NCBI GenBank assembly: GCA_965200315.1
Contig: OZ241362.1
Location: forward strand, 4,192,001-4,256,000
Length of the DNA: 64,000 nt
Origin: Candidatus Latescibacterota bacterium
GTDB lineage: Bacteria; Latescibacterota; UBA2968; UBA8231
Direction: 5' to 3'
Shown: positions 30,829-40,678 of the stretch, piece after piece
Layout of the letters: every line of letters starts with the position of its first letter
Numbering within the stretch: the stretch's first letter is position 1
Translations under genes and position numbers: made by a program
The notes under the pieces: generated by a model
Told to the model about the DNA's origin: nothing
What the model saw: only the letters and a program-made list of their open reading frames with translations
Databases searched by the model: none

Positions 30829-30984
30829 ACAGTGGACCTGAGAATCAGTGACTATAATGGAGCTGACACTAGCTGAAGCGAAGTCATTGCGGCCAGTGAC
30901 GGACATTTTTTGATTTGGATATGATTGATTAATTGTCCGGTTTTTGTATATGTTCTTTGGTAGAAAGAAGCGAGGAGGCCTCTT

Positions 30985-31263
30985 TTGGGAAAGTTGGAAT
31001 GCTTTCAATTGGCAGGCCTAGAATTATGGTTCAATTCCTCAGACCACGAACCGCCTCATTTTCACGCTCGCAAACCGGACAAATGGGAGATACGCGTCTT
31101 TTTTGGTGCGTGTAAACGCAAAAATCTAGTTTTTAATGTGAAGTTTCCCCCTTCGGGATCAGGCCCTTCGAGCAAAGAGCGGCAGGAACTGTTGCGTCTA
31201 GTGCTTCAGCATAGAGACGCACTTTATGCTGAGTGGGAAGCCAAAGTGGATATAGGGAGCTAA
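30985..31263 (+). CDS. DUF4160 family putative toxin
   Basis: NSSDHEPPHFHA motif, C-terminal LYAEW. Confidence 0.75.
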   Translation: MGKLECFQLAGLELWFNSSDHEPPHFHARKPDKWEIRVFFGACKRKNLVFNVKFPPSGSGPSSKERQELLRLVLQHRDALYAEWEAKVDIGS

Positions 31264-31265
31264 AA

Positions 31266-32078
31266 ATGGCAAAAGCTGCTGAAATGACTGTCTGGGCTCA
31301 AGACCTATTTAGCTATGACGTTATTCCGTCCTCATTTACCATTTTTAGGAAACCGGATGTGAGCAAGGTGAATGCTCGGGATATCTTCGTATTAACTTCT
31401 GTTGCCGACCTGCCTACGGTAAGTGATTTTGTCCGTGCTGCCAATCATCGAAACCATCTTCGAACCCTTTTCGTTCGCGAAGACGACAACGCTCAGTTTT
31501 TGCCGCAGATACTTTACGAGGCAAAACTCAAAAGCAGCCGAAATATTCTTGTGCATTCGACTAAGGATGTGCCAAAGCGCGTACTAACGGCTTGGAGCCT
31601 TGGATGTCCCGATCAACTCATTGCCAATGCACAGATTGTAGGCGACGAACTCTTTGTCATGGCGTGTGATCATACCTTATTCAGAGTGGATTTTGCAGAA
31701 ATGCCCGCCTTGGGGCGGATTCCATTCCAACAGCGTTCTTCATTTACTATTTCCAGTGAAGGCAGTTATATACACTGGCCTGAGGTTGATGTACACATTG
31801 ACCTAGATGCTATTCGCTACCTAAAAGACGAAACATGGCGTGAGAAAAAGGATCGGGAAAAACTAATGTACGATCTCCGATTTGGAGAGGCCGTTGCCGC
31901 ATTGCGCAAGCAGTACGGGCTTAAGCAAACCGATATACGAGGGCTTTCTGAACGCCATGTGCGAAGGATCGAAAAGGGGGAACGGACAAAGATTGGTACG
32001 CTAGCTATTTTGGCAAAAAGCCACGGCTTACCCCTTAAAGAGTATCTCAATAAAATTGCCGAAATGCTCTCCCCTTAG
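31266..32078 (+). CDS. DUF2442-like antitoxin with C-terminal XRE HTH
   Basis: GSYIHWPEVDVHIDL followed by LRKQYGLKQTD...SERHVRRIEKGE. Confidence 0.7.
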   Translation: MAKAAEMTVWAQDLFSYDVIPSSFTIFRKPDVSKVNARDIFVLTSVADLPTVSDFVRAANHRNHLRTLFVREDDNAQFLPQILYEAKLKSSRNILVHSTKDVPKRVLTAWSLGCPDQLIANAQIVGDELFVMACDHTLFRVDFAEMPALGRIPFQQRSSFTISSEGSYIHWPEVDVHIDLDAIRYLKDETWREKKDREKLMYDLRFGEAVAALRKQYGLKQTDIRGLSERHVRRIEKGERTKIGTLAILAKSHGLPLKEYLNKIAEMLSP

Positions 32079-32099
32079 GACTTTTCTCGGAGCGTCGGT

Positions 32100-32609
32100 T
32101 TATTTGTTGCGATTCTTGTAGCGGCGGCCCCGGTCTTCGACGCGGCGCTCGCGCACTAATTCCATCACCGGGACGCCGTAGCCGCAACTAGTGCCGGTCA
32201 GTTCGACCTCAACTTCGATTACTTGGCGTTTGGTGCGCAGGTGTTCGGATTCCGTTTGCAAGAGCAAGGCGGCGTGGGGCGATTCTTCTAGCGAGGTGGC
32301 CGAGGCTTGGCCGTAGAGGCGGATGATGCCGGCGTCCGCTCCTGCAAAAGAGCAGACCATGACGGTAATCGGGCCGCCGGCCGTCGCGTGACGCGCTGTT
32401 TCGTTGCCGCTGCCCAAGTAGTCGAGAAAGGCCACTCGGTTGGGATCAAGCACGTGCAGCGGTACGCCGCCCTTGGGCGAGAGGTTGACCGGGCCAATGC
32501 CTTCGGGACCGGGCGCGAGTGCGGGATCGGCGGAGGCGATGAAAAACAACGGCGCGGCGCGGATCAACGCAGCTTGGTCGTCGGTGATGGAGGGGTAGTA
32601 GGTGGCCAT
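32100..32609 (-). CDS. Pyridoxamine 5'-phosphate oxidase-like FMN-binding protein
   Basis: VNLSPKG, DYLGSGNET, TSCGYGVP. Confidence 0.8.
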   Translation of the reverse strand: MATYYPSITDDQAALIRAAPLFFIASADPALAPGPEGIGPVNLSPKGGVPLHVLDPNRVAFLDYLGSGNETARHATAGGPITVMVCSFAGADAGIIRLYGQASATSLEESPHAALLLQTESEHLRTKRQVIEVEVELTGTSCGYGVPVMELVRERRVEDRGRRYKNRNK

Positions 32610-32630
32610 AGGTTTTTTCTTTTGTGGGCG

Positions 32631-34409
32631 CTAGGCGAGCGTCTCGTTGTATTGCAATTGATGCAGGCGGGCGTAGATGCCGTCTTGGGCTAGCAGCTCT
32701 TCGTGGCGGCCCTCTTCGCGTAGCTGGCCGCGATGCAGCACTAAAATTTTGTCGGCACTGCGAATGGTTGAGAGGCGATGGGCAATGACGATGGACGTGC
32801 GGTCGCGCATCAGTTTTTCCACCGCCTCTTGGATCCAGCCTTCGGTCTCGGTGTCGATGTGGGCAGTGGCTTCGTCCAGCACCAAAATGTCCGGGTCGGC
32901 CGCTAGGGCGCGGGCAAGGGACAAAAGCTGACGCTGACCGGCAGACAGGGCTGCGCCGCGCTCTTGTACCTCGTGCTGGTAGGTGTTGGGCAGGCGGTCG
33001 ATAAAGCGGTCGGCGTTGACATAGCGAGCTGCTTGGGCGACGGCTGAGTTTGACAGCTCGGGAGCACCGAAACGGATGTTGCTGGCAATGTCCCCGGCAA
33101 AGAGAAAGACGTCCTGCTGCACCAGACCAAAGCGCCGCCGCAATGCTTCTACATTCCATTCGCGGATGTCGATGCCATCGACCAAAATTTGCCCGCGTTG
33201 AATCTCGTAAAAGCGGCACAGCAAGCTGATGATGGTCGTCTTGCCCGAGCCGGTGGCTCCGACTAGTGCCAAGCTTTGGCCCGGGTCGGCGCAGAAGGAA
33301 ACGTCGCGCAGGACCCACTCCTCATCTTCATAAGCAAACCACACGCGGCGGAATTCAATGGCACCGGCGATGCGCTTCCGATGCACGGAACCGCCGCTTG
33401 GCTCTGGCTCGGCGTCCATTAGTTCAAAGATGCGCTCGGAGGAAGCCATAGCCACCTGCACGGTGGCGTATTCCTCGGCGAGGTTGCGGATGGGCATGAA
33501 GAAGCGGGGCACGTATTGCAGCATGGCCACCAGAACGCCCCAGGCGATTTCCTCGCGCAGCACTTGGCCGACGCCGTACCACAGCACCAGCGCCATCAGG
33601 GCCGCACCACACAACTCCATAAAGGGGAAGTAGGCTGAATGGTACAAGGTGCGCACCAAGCGGGCGTCGAGGTATTCGTCGGTGCCTTGGTTAAAGCGGC
33701 GGGCGCTGCGCGGCTCGCAGTTGAACAGTTTTACTACTTCTATACCCGACAAGGTTTCCTGCAAATCGGCGCTGAAGCGGGCAAAGCGAGTGCGGGCTTG
33801 GCGGAAGGCTTGGTAGGTGCGGTTTTGTAGCCACAGGGTGGCGGCAAAGGCCACCGGCAAAAAGGCGCAGGTGATAAGGCCCAGCTCGACATCGAGATAG
33901 TAGAAGATGTAAAACAGGATAGAGGCGATGGTGACGGCTTCAGTCACCAACGAGACAGCACCGTAGGTGAAGAACTCGTTGAGCGCATCGACATCGCTGG
34001 TATTGCGCGCCATCAGCCGGCCAATGGGCGTGCGGTCGAAAAATTTGAGCGGCAGGCGCTGTAGGCAGGTGAAGATGTTCAAGCGCACGTCGCGCATAGT
34101 CCATTGGCCGACCATGCTGGTGATCCAGCTCTGGGCGTAGCCGATGGCGAATTGAGCGACCAACAGCGCGGCGAAGAGCAGGACGAGGGTGCCCAAACCG
34201 TCCAAGTCGCCGGGCACGATGTGGTCGTCAACGGCTATTTTGGTCAGCACGGGACCGGCTTGGCGGGCCAGCGAGGCCACGAGGATGAGCAGCAACGTCG
34301 AGACCGCCCACGGCCAGTAGGGCCGCAAGAAACCCAACAGCCTCGTCACCAAGCGGAGGTCGATAGATTTTTTGTCTATTTCCTGCTCGTCGCGGCTGGT
34401 CGGCGGCAT
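32631..34409 (-). CDS. ABC exporter (MdlB-like) TMD+NBD
   Basis: GATGSGKTT, LSAGQRQ, LDEATAHID. Confidence 0.9.
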   Translation of the reverse strand: MPPTSRDEQEIDKKSIDLRLVTRLLGFLRPYWPWAVSTLLLILVASLARQAGPVLTKIAVDDHIVPGDLDGLGTLVLLFAALLVAQFAIGYAQSWITSMVGQWTMRDVRLNIFTCLQRLPLKFFDRTPIGRLMARNTSDVDALNEFFTYGAVSLVTEAVTIASILFYIFYYLDVELGLITCAFLPVAFAATLWLQNRTYQAFRQARTRFARFSADLQETLSGIEVVKLFNCEPRSARRFNQGTDEYLDARLVRTLYHSAYFPFMELCGAALMALVLWYGVGQVLREEIAWGVLVAMLQYVPRFFMPIRNLAEEYATVQVAMASSERIFELMDAEPEPSGGSVHRKRIAGAIEFRRVWFAYEDEEWVLRDVSFCADPGQSLALVGATGSGKTTIISLLCRFYEIQRGQILVDGIDIREWNVEALRRRFGLVQQDVFLFAGDIASNIRFGAPELSNSAVAQAARYVNADRFIDRLPNTYQHEVQERGAALSAGQRQLLSLARALAADPDILVLDEATAHIDTETEGWIQEAVEKLMRDRTSIVIAHRLSTIRSADKILVLHRGQLREEGRHEELLAQDGIYARLHQLQYNETLA

Positions 34410-34421
34410 TAGAGGTCGCTC
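34378..34421. repeat. Direct repeat copy 1 flanking the R-M cassette
   Basis: 44 bp with one mismatch to 38798-38841. Weaker similarity extends about 35 bp further left. Confidence 0.85.
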
Positions 34422-37003
34422 TCCTTGTCAAAATACTCCGGCAGCTTGGCTCTCCATTCGCTCATCAGAATCAGAGTGCCTTGCACTGTCTCGCCGTTGC
34501 TTTGGACAAGTTCTAGCTCACCGGCTGGGGTAAACTCGTCCCAACAGAAGTTGTCGGACAGGAAGGACAGGACTTCGCGCTTATAGGCCGTGTCGAGATT
34601 GTCGAGCTGGTCGCCTTTGGTCTCAAGGACGATGACGCCTTTGCCTCGAACGGCGAAGATGAAGTCGGGATAGATTTTGGCCTGCTTCCAAGCCTGAATG
34701 CCGTACTGCGTCCGCGCAACGTTGCGATGCCACCACGAGAGTGCGGCTTCACCGTCTAGGTAGATCGCAACATCGCGCTCGTCTTGGTTCAATTCGCTTC
34801 CGTACACCGGCGCGAACAGGCTCTTTTCTAACGGCCCTCCCGTCGTGCTCACGAGCTGACGGGCATTGTCGGGCTCCATTGTCTCCGCAATAAACGGCAT
34901 GCGCCAATTGCGACCGTCAAGACGCAGCCGAAACTGAATCCGGCCCGCCTCCATCTCCGCCTTGAACAAGGCTTCGGCCCGCACGGTGCGCTCGGTATCC
35001 AAGCCCTTGCGCAGTTCCTCGACGATCAGGCTGGCAAGCCCGCCCAGTTTGGCTTCATCGAAGCCGCGCACCTTCAGGTCAGACAAGAGCTTGCCAACGA
35101 TTTCCCGCCCGACGAATGGGTTGGGCACTATATCTGATATCATCCTAACGGCATACGCGGGATCAAAGGCGAGGGTTTCGGCATTCTTGGCGACCGTCTC
35201 ACCAACGAACAATTCGTCCCCGTCATCGCTGAGTTTGATGCGCTGAAGCTGGCTCTCGGCGGCTTGGGCATTGTCGGGAATACGGGCCGCGATGTCCTTC
35301 GGGTCGTAGCCGCGCCAGTCAATGCACGACAACACATCGGTTTCATAGTCTAGGTCGCGCCCCTCGCCTCCGTCCACAATCAGGACCTTGGGCAGATAGA
35401 TTTCCGTTGAAGCGAAATCCGCTCGCCGCTCGAGCTGCCTCTCCACCCTGCCGCCGCCTGACGTGTCGTCTTGGGAGACCTGCAAGACCATATCCCCGAG
35501 ACCATCTTTCTCAAGACCATTCTTGATAGCCTCCACGACTTTCGCGGTAGCGGTGCGATGGGTTATGACGTGACATTCGTCCAGCGCGGTCACCTCAGCC
35601 TTGGTCGCACCCGGCTGACGGAGAATTCGCCCTACGAGCTGGGTCATGGCCTTCAGGTTGGAATTGGCGGCTAAGGCACAAAGCAGATAGGCGAAGGGGC
35701 AGTCCCAGCCTTCTTGAAGTGCCTGCTTGGTGATGATGAAGCGGACGCGGTTCGTTGGCGACAGAAGGTTCTGGTTTTCTGGCTGGTTCAGGTCGTTCTG
35801 TTCAGCCGTCTTGATTGCGATTTCCGCCTCATCAAAGCCCGCCTTTAGAAGCCAGTCCTTCACGTCCTCCGCATGGATGTGCCCGCTTTCGCGCTGGTCC
35901 GCGCCGGTGCGCTCCACCTGTATCAGCATGATGGGCCGAATGTAGCGCCCCGTGTCGGCCTGCAGCTTCCGAGCCTCGTCGCCCAGATCGCCGAGCTTGG
36001 CGACAGCGGCGTTCAAGGTCGTCTTCCAGTCATTACCCTGCCGGGGATCGAGATTGAGAGGCATCTTGATCATGCCCTCGCGGTCCAGATCGCGCCCGGT
36101 CACTTCGACCAGCACATTCGCGTATCGGCCCTCGCGCGGGTTCCTGCCACCACGCGGCTGCACATCTTGGGGCGTCGCCGTGAGTTCCAGCACGAAACAC
36201 GGGTTGAAACCGTAAAGCGTACGAAACGCCAAATCGGAAATGGCCCGGTGCCCCTCGTCGAGCACCACGACGGGACGGATGATCCGCAGGGCGTTGCCGA
36301 GCGAATCCTTCACCATCGGGAATATGTCGTTATAGCCGTCTAGGTTGGGTGTCTGATCGAGTGCTGCCTTGTGGGCCTGCTGTGCGCCTTCGGGCGGGAA
36401 GAAGCCATGCACATCGCCGCGATCCTGAAACATTTTCAGCGAGTCCTTGTTCTCGCGGTTCGAGGATTGCAGCATCAAGAGCATGACGCAGAGGTTGGTT
36501 TCCACGTCGCGGGCATTGAGGCGGTCGGTCTTCTCCATGAGCTGCACCCGGCCAGCGGCGGCGCGATCAAGTGCCTGCCGGTAGGGGTGTTGGCGGTCCT
36601 TCAGATGCTTCAGCGTCTGGGTGTAGATCGCTTCGTTGGGGACGACCCATAGTACAAAGCCGGTGTTGCGATTGAGATAGCGGCCCATAATCCGCGAGAC
36701 GGCAGAGACCGCGAGATAGGTCTTGCCACCGCCGGTTGGGACCTTCAGGACGGCGTTTGGTACGGGCCGGTCGCACCCGTCTAGGCGGGGCGAAAAAGGA
36801 ATCGCCGCACGGGAGGCCGGGAGGTTTGCTCTCAGGGCCTCCCATGCCTCTTGGGCGAAATCTGGGAGCGGGAGGTTGAGATAGGGGTTTTCTACGGCCA
36901 GTGCGACGATCTGGTCGGATCGGGCCTTTTTCTCCTGCAGAAGATCGAGATGAGCGTCAATGGCCGTAAGGGCGCGGTCCTGGTAGTTGAGCTGGCGGAA
37001 CAT
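34409..37003 (-). CDS. res: Type III restriction endonuclease Res subunit
   Basis: VPTGGGKT, DEGH, LQEGWD, GRILR, C-terminal PDF...LETKG nuclease motif. Confidence 0.85.
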   Translation of the reverse strand: MFRQLNYQDRALTAIDAHLDLLQEKKARSDQIVALAVENPYLNLPLPDFAQEAWEALRANLPASRAAIPFSPRLDGCDRPVPNAVLKVPTGGGKTYLAVSAVSRIMGRYLNRNTGFVLWVVPNEAIYTQTLKHLKDRQHPYRQALDRAAAGRVQLMEKTDRLNARDVETNLCVMLLMLQSSNRENKDSLKMFQDRGDVHGFFPPEGAQQAHKAALDQTPNLDGYNDIFPMVKDSLGNALRIIRPVVVLDEGHRAISDLAFRTLYGFNPCFVLELTATPQDVQPRGGRNPREGRYANVLVEVTGRDLDREGMIKMPLNLDPRQGNDWKTTLNAAVAKLGDLGDEARKLQADTGRYIRPIMLIQVERTGADQRESGHIHAEDVKDWLLKAGFDEAEIAIKTAEQNDLNQPENQNLLSPTNRVRFIITKQALQEGWDCPFAYLLCALAANSNLKAMTQLVGRILRQPGATKAEVTALDECHVITHRTATAKVVEAIKNGLEKDGLGDMVLQVSQDDTSGGGRVERQLERRADFASTEIYLPKVLIVDGGEGRDLDYETDVLSCIDWRGYDPKDIAARIPDNAQAAESQLQRIKLSDDGDELFVGETVAKNAETLAFDPAYAVRMISDIVPNPFVGREIVGKLLSDLKVRGFDEAKLGGLASLIVEELRKGLDTERTVRAEALFKAEMEAGRIQFRLRLDGRNWRMPFIAETMEPDNARQLVSTTGGPLEKSLFAPVYGSELNQDERDVAIYLDGEAALSWWHRNVARTQYGIQAWKQAKIYPDFIFAVRGKGVIVLETKGDQLDNLDTAYKREVLSFLSDNFCWDEFTPAGELELVQSNGETVQGTLILMSEWRAKLPEYFDKESDL

Positions 37004-37007
37004 GTCA

Positions 37008-38627
37008 TCAGCTCGGGTCTATGCGATAGAGCGCGTAGGGCAGGGGCACAAACTCTACGGGGATGTTCTGCTCGGCCAGCATCTTCTGGCTCACGAAGCG
37101 GGTAGAGGCAAAGACTAGGTGGCGCTTGTCCGGGGCCGTCTCTGCAAATTTCTTGGCACGGGTGAGTGTCAGCGCGGAGTCAGGTGACTTCAGATAGTCG
37201 AGATCGGGTTTGTAGATCAGCCAGACATGCTGGCCCGCGGTCGCGCCGAGATAGAAGTCCGCCTCGCGCACGGTCGCGGGCGTGAGGGCACTATTGGTCG
37301 CCATGTGGAACAGGGATGCACCAATTCCCGAATAGGAAGGCAGCGTTTCGCCGCTCAGTATCTTATCTAGTTCGACCGGGGAGCCTAGGGTGTAATAGGT
37401 GAAGGTGCCGCCCAGCCCTTCCCGCAACGACTGGTCGTGGGCCGAAGGTACGCCCTTGATGGCGTGGCGCACCCGCTCGGCGGTAGTTGTGTCGGCGTAT
37501 TTCTCGCACTCCACCAAGATAAACTTGCGATTGCCGCCATCCTCTTTATTGAGTGCCAAGACGGCGTGGGCGGTGGTGCCGCTGCCAGCAAAAGAGTCGA
37601 GAACGATAGCGTCTTTTCTACGCAATATCGCCAGCAAAAACTTCACTAGTTTTGTCGGTTTGGGTTGCGGAAATACTCCCCCCGTGCCGAATAGCTCTTG
37701 CAGCTCTCGGGTGCCGTCCTTGTTGAACCCCACCTCTTCTGGCGAAAGAATCGCGTCAGGTGGTTGCCCCTCTTGGACTTCATTCAGATACCGTTTTGCT
37801 TTGGGTTCTCTGCCGGAGAATACAATGCGATTCTGCTGCTCCATTTCTCGCAATTTGCATTTCGAGTACCTAGGGTATTTTCCAGAGGGAGGCTGCCAAA
37901 TGGTGCCATTTGCGAAGGTGAATGTGTAAGGTTCGTAATAGTTTCTTGCATGGATAGGATCAAGCTTGTACTGGCCGCGCCCATCATTGTCATCATGTGG
38001 ATACTTGCTTGCCTTGTCGGTAATGTGTCGAATGTAACGGGCCTTTTCTGAACTAAACCATGTCTTGTCCTTTGCATAGGCGAGAACATAGTCGGCGTTG
38101 AGGTTAAAGTCCTTGCTGGAATTGCGGACGGTGTGCATTGCTCTTCTCGTGAGAACAGCAAAAAAATTGATGTCACCGAAAACTTCATCCATTAACATCC
38201 GTAGATGGTGCTGCTCGTTATCGTCAATGGACACGAAAATCACGCCGTTATCGGCCAGTAATTCCCGTAGTAATCGCAGACGGGGCCACATCATTGCACA
38301 CCACTTGTCGTGGCGTAGACCGTCCTCAATCCCTACCGGGTTTGAATTGATCCACTCCTTGATCACGGGAGAATTTACGTTGTCGTTATAGCACCAGCCT
38401 TCGTTACCGGTGTTGTAGGGCGGGTCGATGTAGACGCAGTCCACCTTGCCCGCGTAGAGCGGCAGAAGTGCCTTGAGGGCGTGTAAGTTGTCGCCGTGAA
38501 TGATCAGGTTGCCGTCGAGCGCGACCGGGCCAATGCCCTTGGTCGCGTCCGGGACGAGCGGACGGAAGGGTACGGCAAGATGATGATTATAGACAAATTC
38601 CTTGCCCTTGAAATTCAGATCGGTCAT
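37008..38627 (-). CDS. mod: Type III N6-adenine DNA methyltransferase Mod
   Basis: GDNLHAL, IDPPYNTG, central TRD, DSFAGSGTT (beta-class order). Confidence 0.9.
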   Translation of the reverse strand: MTDLNFKGKEFVYNHHLAVPFRPLVPDATKGIGPVALDGNLIIHGDNLHALKALLPLYAGKVDCVYIDPPYNTGNEGWCYNDNVNSPVIKEWINSNPVGIEDGLRHDKWCAMMWPRLRLLRELLADNGVIFVSIDDNEQHHLRMLMDEVFGDINFFAVLTRRAMHTVRNSSKDFNLNADYVLAYAKDKTWFSSEKARYIRHITDKASKYPHDDNDGRGQYKLDPIHARNYYEPYTFTFANGTIWQPPSGKYPRYSKCKLREMEQQNRIVFSGREPKAKRYLNEVQEGQPPDAILSPEEVGFNKDGTRELQELFGTGGVFPQPKPTKLVKFLLAILRRKDAIVLDSFAGSGTTAHAVLALNKEDGGNRKFILVECEKYADTTTAERVRHAIKGVPSAHDQSLREGLGGTFTYYTLGSPVELDKILSGETLPSYSGIGASLFHMATNSALTPATVREADFYLGATAGQHVWLIYKPDLDYLKSPDSALTLTRAKKFAETAPDKRHLVFASTRFVSQKMLAEQNIPVEFVPLPYALYRIDPS

Positions 38628-38797
38628 CTCGTCTCCTCGCCTTGTTCTTTGTTTGCCCGAGCGTCATTTCGCCCTTTGCTGGCGTTGATTTGAAATTGTG
38701 ATTGTCACTGCCAGGGACCAACGGCGCACTGTTGCTAGCATATACGCGAACTGCCTAAACCTCGTCAAGCAAGCCCCGGTCAATGGATTTTTGCTCG

Positions 38798-38841
38798 ATT
38801 TCCTGCTCGTCGCGGCTGATCGGCGGCATTAGAGGTCGCTC
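38798..38841. repeat. Direct repeat copy 2 (end of upstream ABC gene plus dead start of the downstream gene)
   Basis: Begins MPPISRDEQEIEQKSIDRGLLDEV*, versus MPPTSRDEQEIDKKSIDLRL... at 34409. Confidence 0.85.
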
Positions 38842-40574
38842 AATTCATCGGTGAGGTGCTGGCGGCGGTACATATCAGCATACAGGCCATCGTGCGCGAG
38901 CAATTCGCCGTGGGTGCCCTCTTCGACAATGCGCCCTTCGTCGAGCACAATGATGTGATCCGCGGCCATGACGGTAGAGATGCGATGGGCGATGAGGATG
39001 GTGGTGCGCTCGGCCATGATGTCGCGCAGGCGCGTGAGGATTTGCTCTTCGGTGCGGGTATCGACGCTGGCTAGGGCGTCGTCGAGGATGAGGATTTTCG
39101 GTTGCCGCACCACCGAACGAGCTAAGGCCGTGCGCTGCTTTTGCCCGCCCGACAAGGTGACGCCGCGCTCGCCGACGATGGTGTCCAGCCCTTGGGGAAA
39201 GGTCTTGAGATCCGCGGCTAGTTGGGCCACCTCAACAGCGCGTTCGACCGCGTCCGCAGCGGCTGAGTCGAGGGCGATGTTGTCGCGGATGCTCTCGGAG
39301 AACAGGAAGGTGTCCTGCGGCACGTAGCCGATGGCGTCGCGGAAGGTGCGCAACGGCATATGTTCAATGGGTTTGCCGTCGATGAGGATTTGGCCCTCGC
39401 CGGCTTGGATGAGGCGGGGGATGAGCCGAGCCAGCGTGCTCTTGCCCGACCCGACCCGCCCGACGATGGCTAGGGTGCTGCCGGCCGGAATGTGAACATC
39501 TATATCGCGCACCACGGTTTGGCCATTGTAAGCAAAGGAGGCGCGGCGGAATTCGATTTCGCCTTTGATCGCCAAGCCGGCGTCTTGGTACTGGTCGGGC
39601 TGGGGCTGTTGTTTGAGCACGGACTCGATGCGCAGCATGGAAGCCATGGCGCGCTGGTATTCATCGACGATGCGGCCCATCATCATCATCGGGCGGCTCA
39701 TGCGGATCAAGTAGGCGTTGAAGGCGACAAAGGCCCCCAAGGTGAGCGTCCCTTCGACGACGCGGATGCCGCCGAGCCACAGAATGAACACCATGGACAG
39801 GCCGCTGATGAGGAAGGTGAAGGGGAAAAACGCGCTGTAGAGGTAGATTAGGCTGCGGTTGCGCTCGACGTACTCGTCGTTGAGCCGGGTGAAGTGGTCG
39901 ATCTCACGGCGACAGCGGGCAAATGCCTTGACCACGCGTACGCCCGCGAGGTTTTCCTGCAAGCAGGTGCTAATGGCGGCAAATTGCTCTTGCACCATGC
40001 GATAGCGTCGGCGCACTCTGCTGCCCACCACGCGCAAAATCGCGGTCATAATGGGCATGGGCAACAGCGCGTAGAGGGTCAGTTCCCAGTCGTACAGGCA
40101 CATGGCTACCATGCTGAAGCTGAAGCCGAGCAGGGCCCCTAGGAACATGCGGAAGCCGTGGCTGAGGTAGCGCTGCACGGCTTCGACGTCGTTGGTCGCC
40201 CGCGCCATCAAATCGCCGGTGCGGGCCTGTTGGAAGTAGCCCAAGGGCAAGGTGAGCAGGTGGGCGAAGTAGCGCTGGCGGATGTCGCGCTCGATGCGGA
40301 ACGAGGTGGCGGCCAAGTGCCAGCGCATGCCAAAGGCCATGCTCCACTGCGCCAAGCCCAAGCCGACTATGAGGGCGGCGTAGTGCGCGAGGAAAGTCAG
40401 GTTGGGTGTGGCTTGGTCTAGGCTGGCTTGGGCTTGGTCAATGGCGCGTTCGAGGACGAGGGGGATAGAGACGGAAACGAGCTGTTCGCCCAGCAAAAAG
40501 GCTAGGCCGATGACTAAGGCCCAGCGATATGGGCGGAGGTACGAGGCGAACGGTTTGAAGGGATTGAGACTCAT
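38829..40574 (-). CDS. ABC exporter (MdlA-like) TMD+NBD
   Basis: GDLMARATND, GRVGSGKST, LSGGQKQR, LDDALASVD. Confidence 0.9.
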   Translation of the reverse strand: MSLNPFKPFASYLRPYRWALVIGLAFLLGEQLVSVSIPLVLERAIDQAQASLDQATPNLTFLAHYAALIVGLGLAQWSMAFGMRWHLAATSFRIERDIRQRYFAHLLTLPLGYFQQARTGDLMARATNDVEAVQRYLSHGFRMFLGALLGFSFSMVAMCLYDWELTLYALLPMPIMTAILRVVGSRVRRRYRMVQEQFAAISTCLQENLAGVRVVKAFARCRREIDHFTRLNDEYVERNRSLIYLYSAFFPFTFLISGLSMVFILWLGGIRVVEGTLTLGAFVAFNAYLIRMSRPMMMMGRIVDEYQRAMASMLRIESVLKQQPQPDQYQDAGLAIKGEIEFRRASFAYNGQTVVRDIDVHIPAGSTLAIVGRVGSGKSTLARLIPRLIQAGEGQILIDGKPIEHMPLRTFRDAIGYVPQDTFLFSESIRDNIALDSAAADAVERAVEVAQLAADLKTFPQGLDTIVGERGVTLSGGQKQRTALARSVVRQPKILILDDALASVDTRTEEQILTRLRDIMAERTTILIAHRISTVMAADHIIVLDEGRIVEEGTHGELLAHDGLYADMYRRQHLTDELSDL

Positions 40575-40678
40575 GCGCTGTTTGGTGGGCCGCTCATAAC
40601 CTATTTAGACTATACATATTTATAACCTGTGTCAAAGTAAGCGGGCGTTGCCCTAGCGACTACGAGGAGACGCACCAA

